Shown here: positions 45,000 to 58,240 of the stretch, piece after piece
Layout of the letters: every line of letters starts with the position of its first letter
How positions within the stretch are numbered: the stretch's first letter is position 1
NCBI RefSeq assembly: GCF_009914755.1
Contig: NC_060935.1
Length of the DNA stretch: 64,000 nucleotides
Reading direction: 5' to 3' (one strand)
Origin: the human T2T-CHM13v2.0 reference genome, Homo sapiens
Notes under the pieces: model-generated
What the model saw: only the letters and a program-made list of their open reading frames with translations
Told to the model about the DNA's origin: nothing
Database searches by the model: none
Made by a program: the position numbers and the translations under genes

Positions 45000-45120
45000 C
45001 CTGACGCCTTCGGGCCGCCCCCGCAGCGCCCCCACCCAGCTGGCCGGCGCGTGCCCCCGCCGGAGCCCGCCGCCCGCCCAGCCTCCGCCTCCTCCGCTCC
45101 GCCTCCTCCTGCACCCGCGA
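45000..45120 (-). other. Candidate non-coding first exon 1a of an unidentified minus-strand gene (5' end approximate)
   Basis: Donor TCAGG|GTGAGA with intron starting at 44999, inside the CpG island downstream of GC boxes. Confidence 0.5.
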
Positions 45121-48100
45121 CGCCCGCAGCGGGGAGAAGAGGCGCGCCGCCGCGGCCGCGGGCACGAGCACGCGCGAGGAGGGCGGGCGGCGGGCGGAGC
45201 GCGCGCGCGGCCGAGGGGGCGGGGGCGCGCCGAAGCCTCGCCTGCTGTTGTCCCGGGAGCGCACGTGCGCTGCGGTGGGGCGCCGAGGGGCGTTCGGCGG
45301 GTGCCCCTAGGGGACTGGGGGACAGGGAACGCGAAGTGGGTAGAGACGCTGCCTGAGAGGTCCCGACGTAGGCTGTTGCCTCGGCCCCGGCATTGTGCTG
45401 CGGTGCAAAAATAAAAAACCGGCCGCCGCCGCAGCAGCAGCAGTAGCACCGGGAAGAGGCATCCTCCGAGACTACGGCAGTGGCTCCTCTCTACTCCCAG
45501 CTGACCCCCAGAACACTGTCACCGCGCCGCGGAGGAGAGGGGGCTTTGCCTCAAGTCAGGAAGATCCTCGCCTCTCCATCCCTTGCACATTTGGGTCTAG
45601 AATGGACGCGCCCCGGTTATTATTTGGAATCCGGGGGCCTAAAAGTTCCTTCAGTTGGCTTCTTCATTCAGAGTTATGGAACAGAAAATTGAAAGTGGCA
45701 TGGCAGGGGAGAGAAAGGACAAGAAAGGGTGGAAGAGTGGCCAAACTGAAGGTGCGTGGCTAGACTGAAAAGAGGTTTTGGAGACAAGGGAAGGAGCTCC
45801 CTGGGAACCCCCTGCCTGTGGATGGCACTGCCCTTGGTGCTTCCCCTGTTCCTTTTGTTCAGCCCCCAAAGGCGGTGCAGCACTTCCACCTGCAACGACC
45901 ATCTGTGTCACAGAATACAGGAAAGATATCTTGACATTCTACCGCGTTCTATTTTCATTTTTTTCTTTCAAGCGTGTACCTTTCACTTCTGACTCAGTTT
46001 GGTATCTAAATAAATGTTGGGGGTGATTAACCTACAGAATTCACTCTTATTCTCAAGTCTACCGATGCCAAATACTGCATCATCTAATGTCACTGCAGTA
46101 ATTTGGGTCCACTCAGCATTTAGTCATTTCAGTGGGAGTCACTGAATATAAAACGTGGCCTTGACCGCGATTAGCAGAATGTCAAGGGCATACGTGAAGC
46201 AGGATTTCACCACATCCTGGAGAGAAATTAGAGAGTGAACATGCACAATAATCCCACTCTTCCAGCTTCAGTGTAATCAAAGTTGCTTTAAAGAACAAGT
46301 ACTAGGGAAGGGATGGAATGAGAAGATTTGCCTAGAAGCACAAACTAGGATGGGAAAATTTGAAAGAAGCCAACTTGAAATAAATGCATGGCAGCCCTCT
46401 GCTGGAAATAGTCAGGTGCACCTGAGATTCATAAGGGTCTTCATGGATACCTCCTAAGTGCTACAGAAACAGCAAGGTAAAGAACAAAAACTAGAGACCT
46501 TCGACTTCAGCATAATAAGGCCATAGTTTAAAACTCTTCTTTCACCAAACTGCAGCAATTCCCTGGGGTTCATCTTTGGGCCACAGAGAGCCATCTCTGC
46601 CAGAGAGGGACAGGTATGGATTAGGTAGCTTTTGTTGTTCTAGGGGTTTGTTGAGCATTAAACACAAACATCCTGTGATAGCAAGAGGAAGTCGTGTGGG
46701 ACAGAAAACCAAGTCACTATGAGAAGCAAGTTTTGCCCAAGGCCCCAGTTTCTTGGCTACTCAATGACAATATGCATTCTTTTCAGAAATCCTTCACATC
46801 CCACAGTTTCACCACCGCACCCTGAAAGTCAGCCACAGCAGCTGAATGGATGTTAAATGGTTTATGGTTAAGTGGTGGAGGTACATAATATATAAAAGAG
46901 CTAGGATTATGCATACATTGGATGACACAGATATTTTACTTTAGAGCCTCTAAACATTTTGGTAACTTTCTCTCCTTATATGTAGTATATCTAGTTTATA
47001 GAAGAGAACAAAGGGATGCCATGTGTGTTTTCCAAAGATTAGAGGTGTTTGAGCAAGTTCAAGGGTGCGGTGATGCTCCTTAACCTCATTCTGAGCCAGC
47101 ACTCCCTCTCCTTGGGCCACACTGTCCAAATGTCCTGTGTCCTAGTTATTATTGCCAAACCTGCATATGAACTGGAAGTTGTGATTGCTGGGTAACTCTG
47201 CAGCCATCTGCCCTTGGCATTTCAGATGTTTGTAATCAATTACCTCTGTCCTAATAACACCCTTAATGATTAAATACATAAATCACAAAAAATTGCAACA
47301 TTCCTTATACAAGAAAAAGTCCGTCCAATGTTAAATAACTGAATGTGTAGCTTATGTATGGTTTGATTCAATATGTACAAGGTGAGGGGTAGGAGGGGAG
47401 GGGAAAAAACAAATTCCCCCTCTTGCCGAAGCTATTGGAGACCTCAGGCTGGCCTCCTTTCTCAGTCTTGGCACTGCTGTCTGCCAGGAGGTAGCATCTG
47501 GGTTCACTCCTGGCATCTCAGATCTGTTGCATTGCAGTCCCCTCTAGACGCTGAAGCAGCGTCACGGTGCAGACAAGTAGGGCCAGTGACGAGGGCAGCC
47601 ACACAGAGGACTGCAATACGTACCTAACCTTGAGTTTGAAAGATGGCCTGGGAATTGAGCAAGGGAGAGAGAAGAAGCTTATTTGCATCCCCAAATTGAG
47701 AATGCTCAACAGCTGTATTGAGAAAAGTTGCTGAAAGTAGGCCAGGTTTCATAGAGAATTTTAACAGAGAATTTTCCCAAAGCGACAATTGACATTGTCT
47801 TGCTTATTTATTCTTTCCTGGCCAAAGCGCCAGCTGCATATTGTGTCCCTATTAAAAAGAGATGTCAAAAAAAGATGTGTTGTCTGTCTGTAGCATACTC
47901 CTTGCTAATATTGACGCTCGTGAAACAGCCCCTGTAAACATGGAATCCATGCCCACTACCATGGGCAACATTTTAAGGAACACCAGTACTGCTGTTCACT
48001 GAGATGTTATTAATCCCTGATGCATTCATTGAAATGATAAACTTTCCATCTTCTCTCCTTTCCCTATCACATTTTCATCATGAACCTCTATCATAGTAAT

Positions 48101-48149
48101 TCAGAACTTTGTGTTATTCTCCTATGAAATTTTTTTTTTCAGTCTTTAA

Positions 48150-49135
48150 ACCTTAACACCAACTCCACCTATTGACATGTCCACTTTTGAATGGGGTCCT
48201 TGGCCTCCTCTGTGATTCTATCTGCTGCCTGCCCCAGGGCTCTGACCGTGGGCCCCTCCTGTTCTCTTTCTACACTGCCACCCTAGGCAGCATCCTCCAG
48301 CAAGGCTTTAAGTAGCCTCTACTTTTAACCCTGGCCCCTCCCCAGCACTCCACCCTCTTATATCCTGCTGCCTCCAGGCATCTCCATTTGAATATCTCCC
48401 ACTTAATGTGTCTCAAACAGAACTTTTGATTTCCATATTGTAAACAAAAACCAAAACTGATTCCTCCAAGTCTGCCTCATCACAGGACAAAAAATATCTC
48501 TTCCTTTCAATCACCACGTTCATTTTAGCCTACCTTCAAATGGTACGGAAGCCAATCGCATCCTTCTCTCTTAACCACGAACACCCATGTCTGCCCTCCC
48601 CGTGATCTTTCTCCTGGGTGACTGGGACAGACGAACCATCACCCTGCTTCCACTTTTTCCCCTCCACGGTCTAGCCTCTACACAGCCACCAGAGAATTTA
48701 TTGTAAAGCATTGGTAAGATAATGTCCTTGTTCTTGCCCAAAACACTCCAGGGCCCTGTGCTTCTAATCACACTGCAATAAAATCCAAAGTCCTTTCCCA
48801 GCCTTTCAAGTCCTTTCAGCCCTGACTCACCAGTTCAGTTTTTTACCTTTTGCCATTCACTCTGCCTCAGCCACACCCACCTCCCTCCTGAGGTTTCTCA
48901 GACCTGCCAGGAAGACTCCACCTTCCTGGCTTTTAAATTAACCTTCCTACTACTATATAAAATAGTTCTGCCTTCTCTGTCCCCTTACTCTGCTTCTTTT
49001 TTTTCTCATAGCACTTATCACTACATGATTATGTTGTGTAATCAATATTTATTATTGGACTCTGTTCCTAAAATGTAAGCACCATGAGGGCCTGGACTTT
49101 GTTTATTCACAAATGGGTATGTTTATGCCAAATGA
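48150..49135 (+). mobile_element. Ancient L2
   Basis: ctgggcccctcctgttctctttctacact-type motif; tctacacagccaccagag; aaaatccaaagtcctt; tgtaagcaccatgagggc. Confidence 0.75.
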
Positions 49136-50356
49136 ATACATAAATGGTACTATCAGGGTGCAAAGTCTTTATACACACTTCTTACCTGCTGTTGTGTATT
49201 GCCATGGATCTATCTTTATACTTAGTACAAGTGGAAACAATTGCAAAGTGTAACATTATGTAATTTAAATTTCCTGTACTTTCAGCTCTGACCTCTCCCC
49301 AGCCCTCCAGCCTCATATATTCCACAATAAAATTATATCATTTGCAGTGCACTGCAAGTCAAATCAAGACAAACTATACTGAAAATCTAAGAAAATATCA
49401 AGATTCAGCAGAGAAAGGTACATATTACATGAGGAATTTAGTGCCCGTAGGACAAAATCACAGTCTAACCTTGCAATTAGGTTTTAATATGTAGAAATTA
49501 AAGGCACAGAAAAAGCCAAATTATATGAATTGGCTTCTCAATCCAAACTGAAATAATCACCATGGTGAGAAAGAACATAAATTTTAGGAGGACAAGTTTC
49601 CCTTTCATTTTTTATCTTATCTCACTATGTAGTCTTGGACAAGGCAATTAACATCTGTTTTCCCATCTGTAAAATGGGCTTGCCCGCTGTCCTCTTTAGT
49701 TGGGTATCATAAAGATAGAATGACTTAATTATTATAAAAATGTTTTAGAAGAAAGGAATTTTGCAAGTGAACAGTGATTATTATTACTTTCCAAACTTCT
49801 TTGTGTAATATTTTGAAAATGAGGAAGAAATAATATATTTTTTCAATGTGTCTAAAGACTGAAGTGAATCAGCATTTCTAAATCATGCAGCACTTCCAAA
49901 ATTATCAGAAAAAACTTTTGGAAGTCGCGAAGCAACCTGTAGAGTCACCCAAGTATATCACCTACCATGGGAGGCTCTATATACTGAAGCATTAGGAGGA
50001 ACAACACGTAATCCATTTTATAGTCAGAGTGCACTATGATCAGGAAGTGAAAGGAATAGCACGGAAATGCAAGCATTTGTGTAAAGTATTAATTCCACTT
50101 CTTATCAAACAATATAATGTGGAGATCCTTGAAAGAATGAATGAACAAAGAGGCAACTATAACATTTCTATATATGACATGCTTCAGGGCAGCAAAATGT
50201 TTGGAAGGAGAAAGAGATCTAGGGGACTTTTTGAAGCTCTGTCTCCAGCAAGCATGCTGCTTTATTTAGAGCATATGTTTAATTGAGGTGACTTGGAGGA
50301 AGCTAAATCTCCCATTGGTGGCTGTGACAGTGGTGAGAAGTTGCTATTACTCATAA

Positions 50357-50394
<38 letters not shown>

Positions 50395-50396
50395 AC
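50357..50396. repeat. (CA)n microsatellite
   Basis: Direct. Confidence 0.95.
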
Positions 50397-51465
50397 TTTA
50401 CTGTAAACACATTGAATGCTCCACTCCTCCCTCCAAGCTTGGCCTGAATCAGCACTCTACTCAGTGATGCTCCCAACCCCAAAGGCTTTTATTAGATCTA
50501 AAGAACTGAAACCAGTGTTGAGGAAATGCATGGGAAAGTGACTTGGGAAAGCTAGAGATCAAAGAGAGGTCACTCAACTCCAGGGTGGCTGCTTTCCCAG
50601 GGTGCTCCCAGCAATTCCCCTCCCACGATTTTGTCTTTTATGGCTTCCAGTTTCCAGAACTTAATGCATCTCAGAAGGTCTAAAACATCTGTGTTTTTCT
50701 GCTATATTCAAAATACTTGTTGGCGGAGGATTTACCGATGTCTCTGACACTGCATGCAGTGATGTGATGTTTCCTGGGCAACTTAAGAACTGTAGTAGGT
50801 AATCCTATAAGGCATTTTATTATTTTTTAAAATCACTTGTACTTGGCTTGGGAAGTTATCTTGTATTTAACTTTAAGCATAGATGATCCCTGGATATACT
50901 GAGGGCTAGGGGACATAATATGTCAGACAAAATAATAAAACTACCCTATCCAAATATTATTCTCCTGTTCCCTACTTAATTTTTTCTCTTATGTATTTCA
51001 TGCTGAAAACAAACAGCGTTACTCCTCAGAGTGATATAAAAGGCCAGTCTCAGGCAGAGCTGATAACAGACTCAAACTGACTCGTTGACTCCTGCTTTCC
51101 CCAGTCATGGTCTGATTTTAAAAGTACTTATCTGTAGTTCTTGATTGATTTAAAAAAAAAAAAAGCAGCAACTCCCTTACTCATGGTAACAGAATGCTCT
51201 GTTAAAGAATACTACAACAGTGATAGGTTGGGTCAAATAGTTGAGAAAATTATAATTTAGGCAATGCAGAGTTTTCTGTGCACCTTTCAAAAGAAAACTT
51301 AGTGCTTTATCAAATATGAGGCACTATTAATTTTGAGAGAAATTCAGGCACAGAGAGATTCAAAACCTATCTAAAATTCAGTCTATGCTTTATGATAATA
51401 AAAGAGAGATATCTCTTTTTTGTAAATATGTGTTGATGGCCAGGTCACACAAAACAAGACAATAC

Positions 51466-51650
51466 TTTTTTAGAGATGGGGGTCTCACTGTGTTGCCCAG
51501 TCTCATCTCAAATGCCTGGGTTCAAGCGATCATAGCTTGGATTACAGGTAGGTACCACGGAAGCCAAGGCAAGAGGATCACTTGAGGTCAGGAGTTTGAG
51601 ACCAGCCTGGGCAACATAGCAAGACCCCATCTCTAAAATATATAAATAAA
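51466..51650. mobile_element. Two Alu-monomer fragments head-to-head (minus 51466-~51558, plus ~51562-51650)
   Basis: ttttagagatggggtctc..caagcgatc versus gatcacttgagg..accccatctctaaaa. Confidence 0.8.
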
Positions 51651-54381
51651 TACAATTTAAAATATTTTTAACGTTATCCGTGCATTTCTGTGCATCACAG
51701 GAGAAAGTCCACCAGAAGAGTGCAATCCTTCTCCACTCTCTTTCGTCCCCTTTACTACTGGAGGGGAGAAGACAAAGGGTCCTTACATTTACATTTCCAC
51801 CACCGCCTCTAGTTACCATACCTGGGGCAGTTGGCTGTAACTCTTTCCATGCCCACAAGAACACAGCATTAAAAACAAAACCACATTCAAGTACAGTGAC
51901 TCCAGCTAAGCTGTGGCGTGTTGATTAGCCAAACCATTGGCATTTCACATGCCCAGTCCTTGCTGTTCTTTGATGGGCAAGTAACCCCGAAGAAGAGAGC
52001 AATTTTTCCATCGTCACCCATTTTATAATTACTAGCCCTGCTTCTGGGCTGGCTGTCACATCCTACACCTCCCCAAATCCTCTGGTGCAACTTTTTGGGA
52101 GAGTTAAAACCTCCTCGATGTCACCTTGGTACTATAATGATGTCCTTTGACAGAAGAAACAAAGTCAACCACCATGTTCTCCCTGAGAAGTTCAGGAAAG
52201 TTTGATTCTTCCTTTTCCAAAGGAGAAAAGTATCTTCAAGGAGATGACTAAATCTTACTCAGAAGCATCCTTCTTCATTAAGTTCTCATCTGTATGGTAC
52301 CATGCTGGAGGCTGGGCAAAGAAAAGCAAATAATGAGACCCTTCCATTTCTCTATGCTTCGGGTTTAAGATCGACAAAACCCACAAAAGCTAATCTCCGA
52401 GTATACAGACATCAAACAGCTGTGCAAACATTGGACAGATGCATAAATTAAATACAAAAGTAAATAAAGTATTTACATTATGTACAAGTCATGCAGCTGC
52501 TGTTACTACACTCCACGAAGGCTCCAGAGGGAAGGAGGGACATTAAGCTGAGCAGATTGTCTTTTTCGGTCGGGGATGGTGTCAGCAGGAAGGAGCAGAA
52601 AGGTCACACATGGCTCGAGGAACAAAGACAAACTGTTACATAAACTCTTGTCTGCTGGTGCACAACCTCTAAACGTAGTCTTCAGAATGAAGCAACTTTG
52701 TTTCTCAGAAATAACTTTTATATCTCAGACTATGCTTTTAGGAATCTGTGTCAGTAACTAATTTTAAAGTGTCAGGGATGGCCCCATGGCCAGCAACAGC
52801 AGGAACCCAATGAGATGACCTAAGAGATCACAAGAACTGTCCTACCTCAAAGACTACCTTGATATTCTACATGTGTCCAGGGTGGGAGAAATAAAATGAA
52901 TGGCAGTAGCCCACTGCCATTGGAAACTCTGCCTGGTATCCTGGTGCTGTGGAAATTTCCTCAGTCTTCTCTATGGAGGAACACAGGATGCAGCGCAGCT
53001 TTGTTTAGCCTAGATTCCCATACTCTACACCTGGAACATAGGACACATGAATGATTGATGAACTACTAAGCAGCTCATGAATCTCTCCTTACTTTAGGAG
53101 ATAAAAGGGAGGATAGCCTTTTGTGTTTATGTTAAATTAAAATACCATTTTTATTCAGAGTAGCCTGTATAGTGTTCTATATTTGAGGAAAACAAAAAGA
53201 TTTAAAAAGAGAGAAAACAACACAAGCCCCTGGTTTAAAAAAATTAGAAATGGCAGTAAAATGGAAAAATTCATAACTACAATTCAGAGGTAATCATTAT
53301 TAATATTTTGGTACATATCTTCTACATGTCTTCATGTACATGGATATATATAAAAAATTTTAACAGAAACAAGATCATACTGAAAATAATGCATGCAATC
53401 TGCTTTTTTCCCCTTAATGCTTTTTAAACTTTTCTTGCCAATAAATATTTCTACATTATTTGTATATAATCATATGTCTATGCCATATTTTTTTAGTCCC
53501 CTGTTGTTGGACATTTCTAGTGTCATGATTTTTTTTTTTTTTCTCTAACTTGTAATGGCTGGTGGAGCAATCTTATCACTAAAGGTGTGTGCACAACACA
53601 GACTTCTGAGAGTCAGAATTCTTCCCACACCCACCGGCTGATACTTAGAATTCCATGCCTAGTGCCTCAGTCCTTTGCCTTAAGGATTTTGTTTAGTTAA
53701 AAAGTGAGTCCCAGGAGAGCTGTTTCTTAAAACACTATCTGACACTGATTTCCCATTTTTCCTTGGGAAGTCCCGAGGAGAGTCGCAAAGACTGGTTTTA
53801 TGCTGAGGTCTTGGCCCTGGGCCTTGGCTGATGAAACCAGAAAAGTCCCCAAGTTCACGCATGTTCTGGTAGAACCGTTACAATTTTATAATTGACTAAA
53901 CTCCTTGAGCAGTTGGGAACACAATTAATGCTGGCTGGTACTAATTATTGCCTAAATTCAGTTTATTATAGGAAATAGGTTCAGTTCTTAGCATATTCCC
54001 TCAGGACCTGGTCCACATATTCATTAATTTTTACTCCCAAATACTTTATATTTGTATGGTTTTCTGTAAATATAAATCTATTTACCTTGTAGCCTATCTT
54101 TATTACTGCATGTTCATTGAATTAAACTTATTCAGACCTCAATTTTTCATTTCACTTCTAAGCAATATAACTGTGATCAGTCATATCCCAGAATTCAGGA
54201 CTGGTACTGTAATCCCCACAGAGATGGTATAGTTCTTTTTATCTACAAATCCAGGATTTTCTTTAACCCAACACACATGTCTGTGAGGTGTGTTATCACA
54301 GTATAACATACCTGGTTACCCTGTGAAAAGCAGAGCCCAGGAAGAGTGAAGGTTCCTGTTTCTATGCAACCATAGGTATGT

Positions 54382-54383
<2 letters not shown>

Positions 54384-54419
<36 letters not shown>

Positions 54420-54496
54420 CAAAGAGAAGAAGAGAGAGACAGCGAGAGAGAGACACACACACACAGAGAGAGAGAGGGACAGAGAGAGAGAGAGAG
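54384..54496. repeat. Compound (GT)n/(GA)n/(CA)n microsatellite
   Basis: Direct. Confidence 0.95.
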
Positions 54497-55223
54497 TATT
54501 TATCTGGAGAATAGCTGTACATCTCCAGGGACCCAGGATCAGCAGTGTCAAGGTCTACCAGGTGCTTATGAAGTGCTAATTGCGCTGTTACTGAAGTTCA
54601 GTTTCCACCAGAGACTCACAGAGCGACCTTGGGGAAATGATTGAATGCTTCCATTCCTCCAATCTCACACCTAAATACCGGGGATGATAATATTGCCCAA
54701 CTCCTTCCCTTACAATGGCATAAGAATGAAGTAGCTTACAGTTGGTGTTTTGAGAGTCTGTGGGAGCATTATTACTTCATGCTACCTTTTTTATATGTAA
54801 CTTTTGTGCACTCAACCATTAAGGAGGGACAACTGTGCCACGGATGTTTCTTTTCTACGCTGCTCTCTTGGGGAGAGTGTCCAACTGCTGAAACTTACGT
54901 ATGAAAAACGAGAGCAAGAGAGAGACAGAGAATGAGAAATCATAACCTCCCACTCACATATATTTGGCATTTCAAGCTTTGAGCAATTAATAACCAACTC
55001 CTTGACTTGGAAGCTGTCATGCTCACAATGCTGTTTGAACTGTTCCCACACAACCCACTGAACACACCTTCCTTCCAGAAAAGGCTGTCGCAGACGCACT
55101 TTTCAGCCTTGAAAGACAAAAGAGTAGACTTGAGCAAACACGAAGACTTTCATAAAATGGAGTAAGGACGAAAGTCTCTAACTCCAGAAGACCAGTATTT
55201 CTAAGCAAATAGTCCAGTTGTTT

Positions 55224-55277
55224 CCTGCCATTCTGAATGTTTCTGCCGTTCTGAATATGTCTGCCATTCTGAATGTG
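55224..55277. repeat. 18-bp tandem repeat x3 (ctgccRttctgaatRtKt)
   Basis: Direct. Confidence 0.9.
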
Positions 55278-55407
55278 TTCATCGGGAATTTGAGTGTGGG
55301 TTATCTGGATCTCCTTCCTCTGACATGCAGGACCTTGTTGCACCACTGGGAGTTCCACAGGAAAGGGAATGAACAAGGGAGAGTCTTTAATAGAGAATTG
55401 TGAATAT

Positions 55408-55492
55408 GTCTACAGCCATACCACCCTGAACGCACCCGATCTCATCTGATCTCGCTAGCAGGGTCGGTCCTGGTTAGTACTTGGATGGGAGA
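55408..55492 (+). pseudogene. 5S rRNA pseudogene, 3'-truncated and tailless (RNA5SP class)
   Basis: gtctacagccataccaccctgaacgcacccgatctcatctgatctcg..cagggtcgg..ctggttagtacttggatgggaga matches roughly the first 90 nt of 5S with substitutions and small deletions; flanking direct repeats. Confidence 0.93.
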
Positions 55493-57769
55493 ATTGGGAG
55501 TAAGAAGAAAATAACTACAGCCTGCACTTCAAAGAGCAGCAAGGGCCAGCAAAAGGAGCCTGAAGGGACCGAAAAGTTGAGCATAGCTGCGGATAGAAAC
55601 AGAGCCAGTGGGCAGAGACAAGAAAACCAAGGCAGGAAAGTGTGGGGTCAAGAGCAATAGGGAAGCCTGTCCCTATTGTGGGTCCTGGGCAACCCTGGGA
55701 CACATCGACTGGCTCTTCTTTGCTTATAAGGCAGGGTGTATAGGAAGACTCATTACCTAGCGCTAAGGAAGGACGGGTAAGATGTAAACCACGCTGATTT
55801 GCAGCCACTCGGGAGTCTCTGGCAGCTAGGCTGGGAGAATAGCATCAATGTTAACAGCTAGGGATGAAGCAGAGTAAATATTTGATGTAAGATAGCAAAC
55901 ATAATCAATAACGTGTATCAAACATTTTCTGCCCCTTCTAAAGGTTCATGTTAATTATAAATATGACAGTATTTGGAACAATTTCAAGTAGATAGAATCA
56001 TCCCTGCTTTGCAGCCCAGAGAACTGAAGACAAGGGCTAAATAATTTGCCTAACATTATACAGTAACCAGTAACACTGTGTTTTAAACTCAGGTCTTTGT
56101 GCCTTCAGAACCCCAGTTCTCCTCAAACTTGAGAGAATTAGGCACACACGTTGCTCCTCTTTCTCAGATATTCTGATTTAGTAGTTCCAGTGTGGAGCCC
56201 GGGGGTCTGCACTTTAACACGCATCCCTAGTGGTGTCGACATAGGTGCCCTAAGCCAGACATTCCAAAACACCATCCTCCACCAAAGGCCAGAAACAGCC
56301 AGCTAGGAAACAAGGGCAGAAATAAAATTGTAGGAAAAAGTGTAGAAGAACTTTCACCCTTAAAATCGTAGACCTGATACCCTATGGTAGTCCTGATAGT
56401 CTACTTATTTTTTTTCTCAAAATACGTGTTTCCAAAAGTTAACTCATTTGGTACCTAGAAAAATCAGGCTTCCTTGGCAGCTTAGGTCCTGTGGATCCTA
56501 CTCCTTGTTGAACGCTGGGTTAGGACTACAGACAGATGTCTCCGAAACATCTTAGGACTGTACTTTAAAAAGCACTCAGGACAGGAACATGAGGAGAGAT
56601 CATTTCTCAGATGTGACAGTCCCATTTCACTGGCTCTAACCAGAGTAGAACGAGAGGAAGGACTTGTCTTTCCAGCTATTCCCCAAAACGACTTTTAAAC
56701 AAAGGGACCCGTTCTCACAATTACCCACCAAACAAAGTGCTTTGATAAAAATCACTACTAGGTTTCCCAACTGGGTGTCATTATCATGCATTAACCCGGC
56801 ATTTCTCTTCCTTTGGTTAAACTCTTGAATTCCTGTATCAAGCTTGAGGGAGAGAAATCGGTCTTGCTCAAGATGTGTTTTCCCATCTCCCAGGGTCCCA
56901 CCTTTAGGGCCAATAACTTTCTTTCTACCTAGATTTTCTTAAAGATGTTGAGAGATAGGATTCCAGTAAAACTACAGGAGCTGGCCGTAATTAGTTTCTT
57001 TGCAACGTTCATTTCTCCAAATGAGAGCAAAGGGGCCATTTGAATAACTCATTATCTACATTAGCTAGACATGTTCTTGTTGATGTCTTCTTAAACTTTC
57101 CTAAGTCTTCTCTAGCCTTTCTTTGCTGCACTTCCACTCCAGTTTGTCTGTAAGCGCCTTTGTGGCCTCCACTGCAGGCCTCGGGCCAAGGGAAAAACGG
57201 ATTCTTTTCATCTATTCAAGTGTGATCTGGGACAGACAAGCCTGCTCCACAGGCGAGAGGCACAGAAGAGTGCTCTGTATTCAGCTCGCAGCTCCACATA
57301 GTCTGTAGTGGGGGCCCTGCCCTTGGCAAGGCCAAAGCAATGACCAGGGCCATTTGGCAGGAACAGGAATGCTGTTTGGCCCCTTCTCTTCACCTGGACA
57401 GGGTGCCCTGTCCTGCAGGAATTGTATATCCTATTCCAACTCACTTCCTCTAAGTTCACTTCCAACATTAAAAATCACCTCCTTTTATCTCTCAATCAAA
57501 GCAGCATTTTTTTTTTTTGAGATGCCGGGTAAATTCAGAGCACATTACGGTTGCTACATATGGAGATGGTTAATACAATAATAACTAATGAAACTTCCTT
57601 CCTGTCTCCAATACATAGGGGACTCAAGGCTGGAGATATTGGCAGGAGAAAGGAACTAGGTGAAAATAGAGATGGAGCTAGTAAAGATACCTTTCTCTTG
57701 TGTCTAAGTTGCTAAAAATATGCTTTTCCTCCAGTGCCTTTTAAACATTTTACCTCACAATAAGCCTGA

Positions 57770-58240
57770 TAATGTTAAGCAACAGCGCCCACCATTCCAT
57801 TACTCAACACCGTTCTGAAGGTGCTTCATGAGAAGATAAAGGAGCTACAAATATTGGTGAAGGAGCAGCAAAATTATCATTATTTGATTATAACATTATT
57901 ATAATCAAATATGGAAATGCTTTAATAAATCTATTAAAAATAACCTAACAATACAGTAAGAAGTTAGGTTATACACACCAAAAAACTTTCTTATATTCCA
58001 AAAAATAACCAGTTGGAAAATAAAAACTGAAACAACTCCTATTAACAACAACCAAAAGGTAAGTTACCCAAGAATGTGTATTATTTAAATGAAGGAAACT
58101 ATAGAACTCTGAGGAGAGGGAAAAACAGACAAGGTGCTGAATAGTTAATGTCAGTATTGTAAAGATGTCAGTTCTCCCCAGTGAAGCTATAAATGGAATG
58201 AATTCCAATCAAAATCCCAGTAAGATATTTTTAGGAAAAA
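57770..58240 (+). mobile_element. Ancient L1M ORF2 fragment
   Basis: aaattatcattattt..; gtattgtaaagatgtcagttctcccca..ttccaatcaaaatcccag. Confidence 0.7.

Larger units (their letters stand above)
44100..45620. promoter_or_regulatory. CpG island promoter, probably bidirectional
   Basis: Very high GC and CpG density over ~1.5 kb with multiple GGGCGG (Sp1-type) boxes, in otherwise AT-rich, CpG-poor DNA. Confidence 0.95.

Noticed and set aside
44100-45620. Assigning a gene symbol to the CpG-island gene
   Set aside because: No coding exon in the window and I did not recognise the leader sequence; BLAT against the genome would decide.
44036-45763. Long overlapping ORFs (up to 371 aa) on both strands
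   Set aside because: Ala/Arg/Pro/Gly-rich low-complexity products expected from stop-codon scarcity in a CpG island; no recognisable domain.
55408-55492. Functional 5S rRNA gene
   Set aside because: Lacks the 3' ~30 nt and terminator, has deletions around the box A region, and is a solitary copy.
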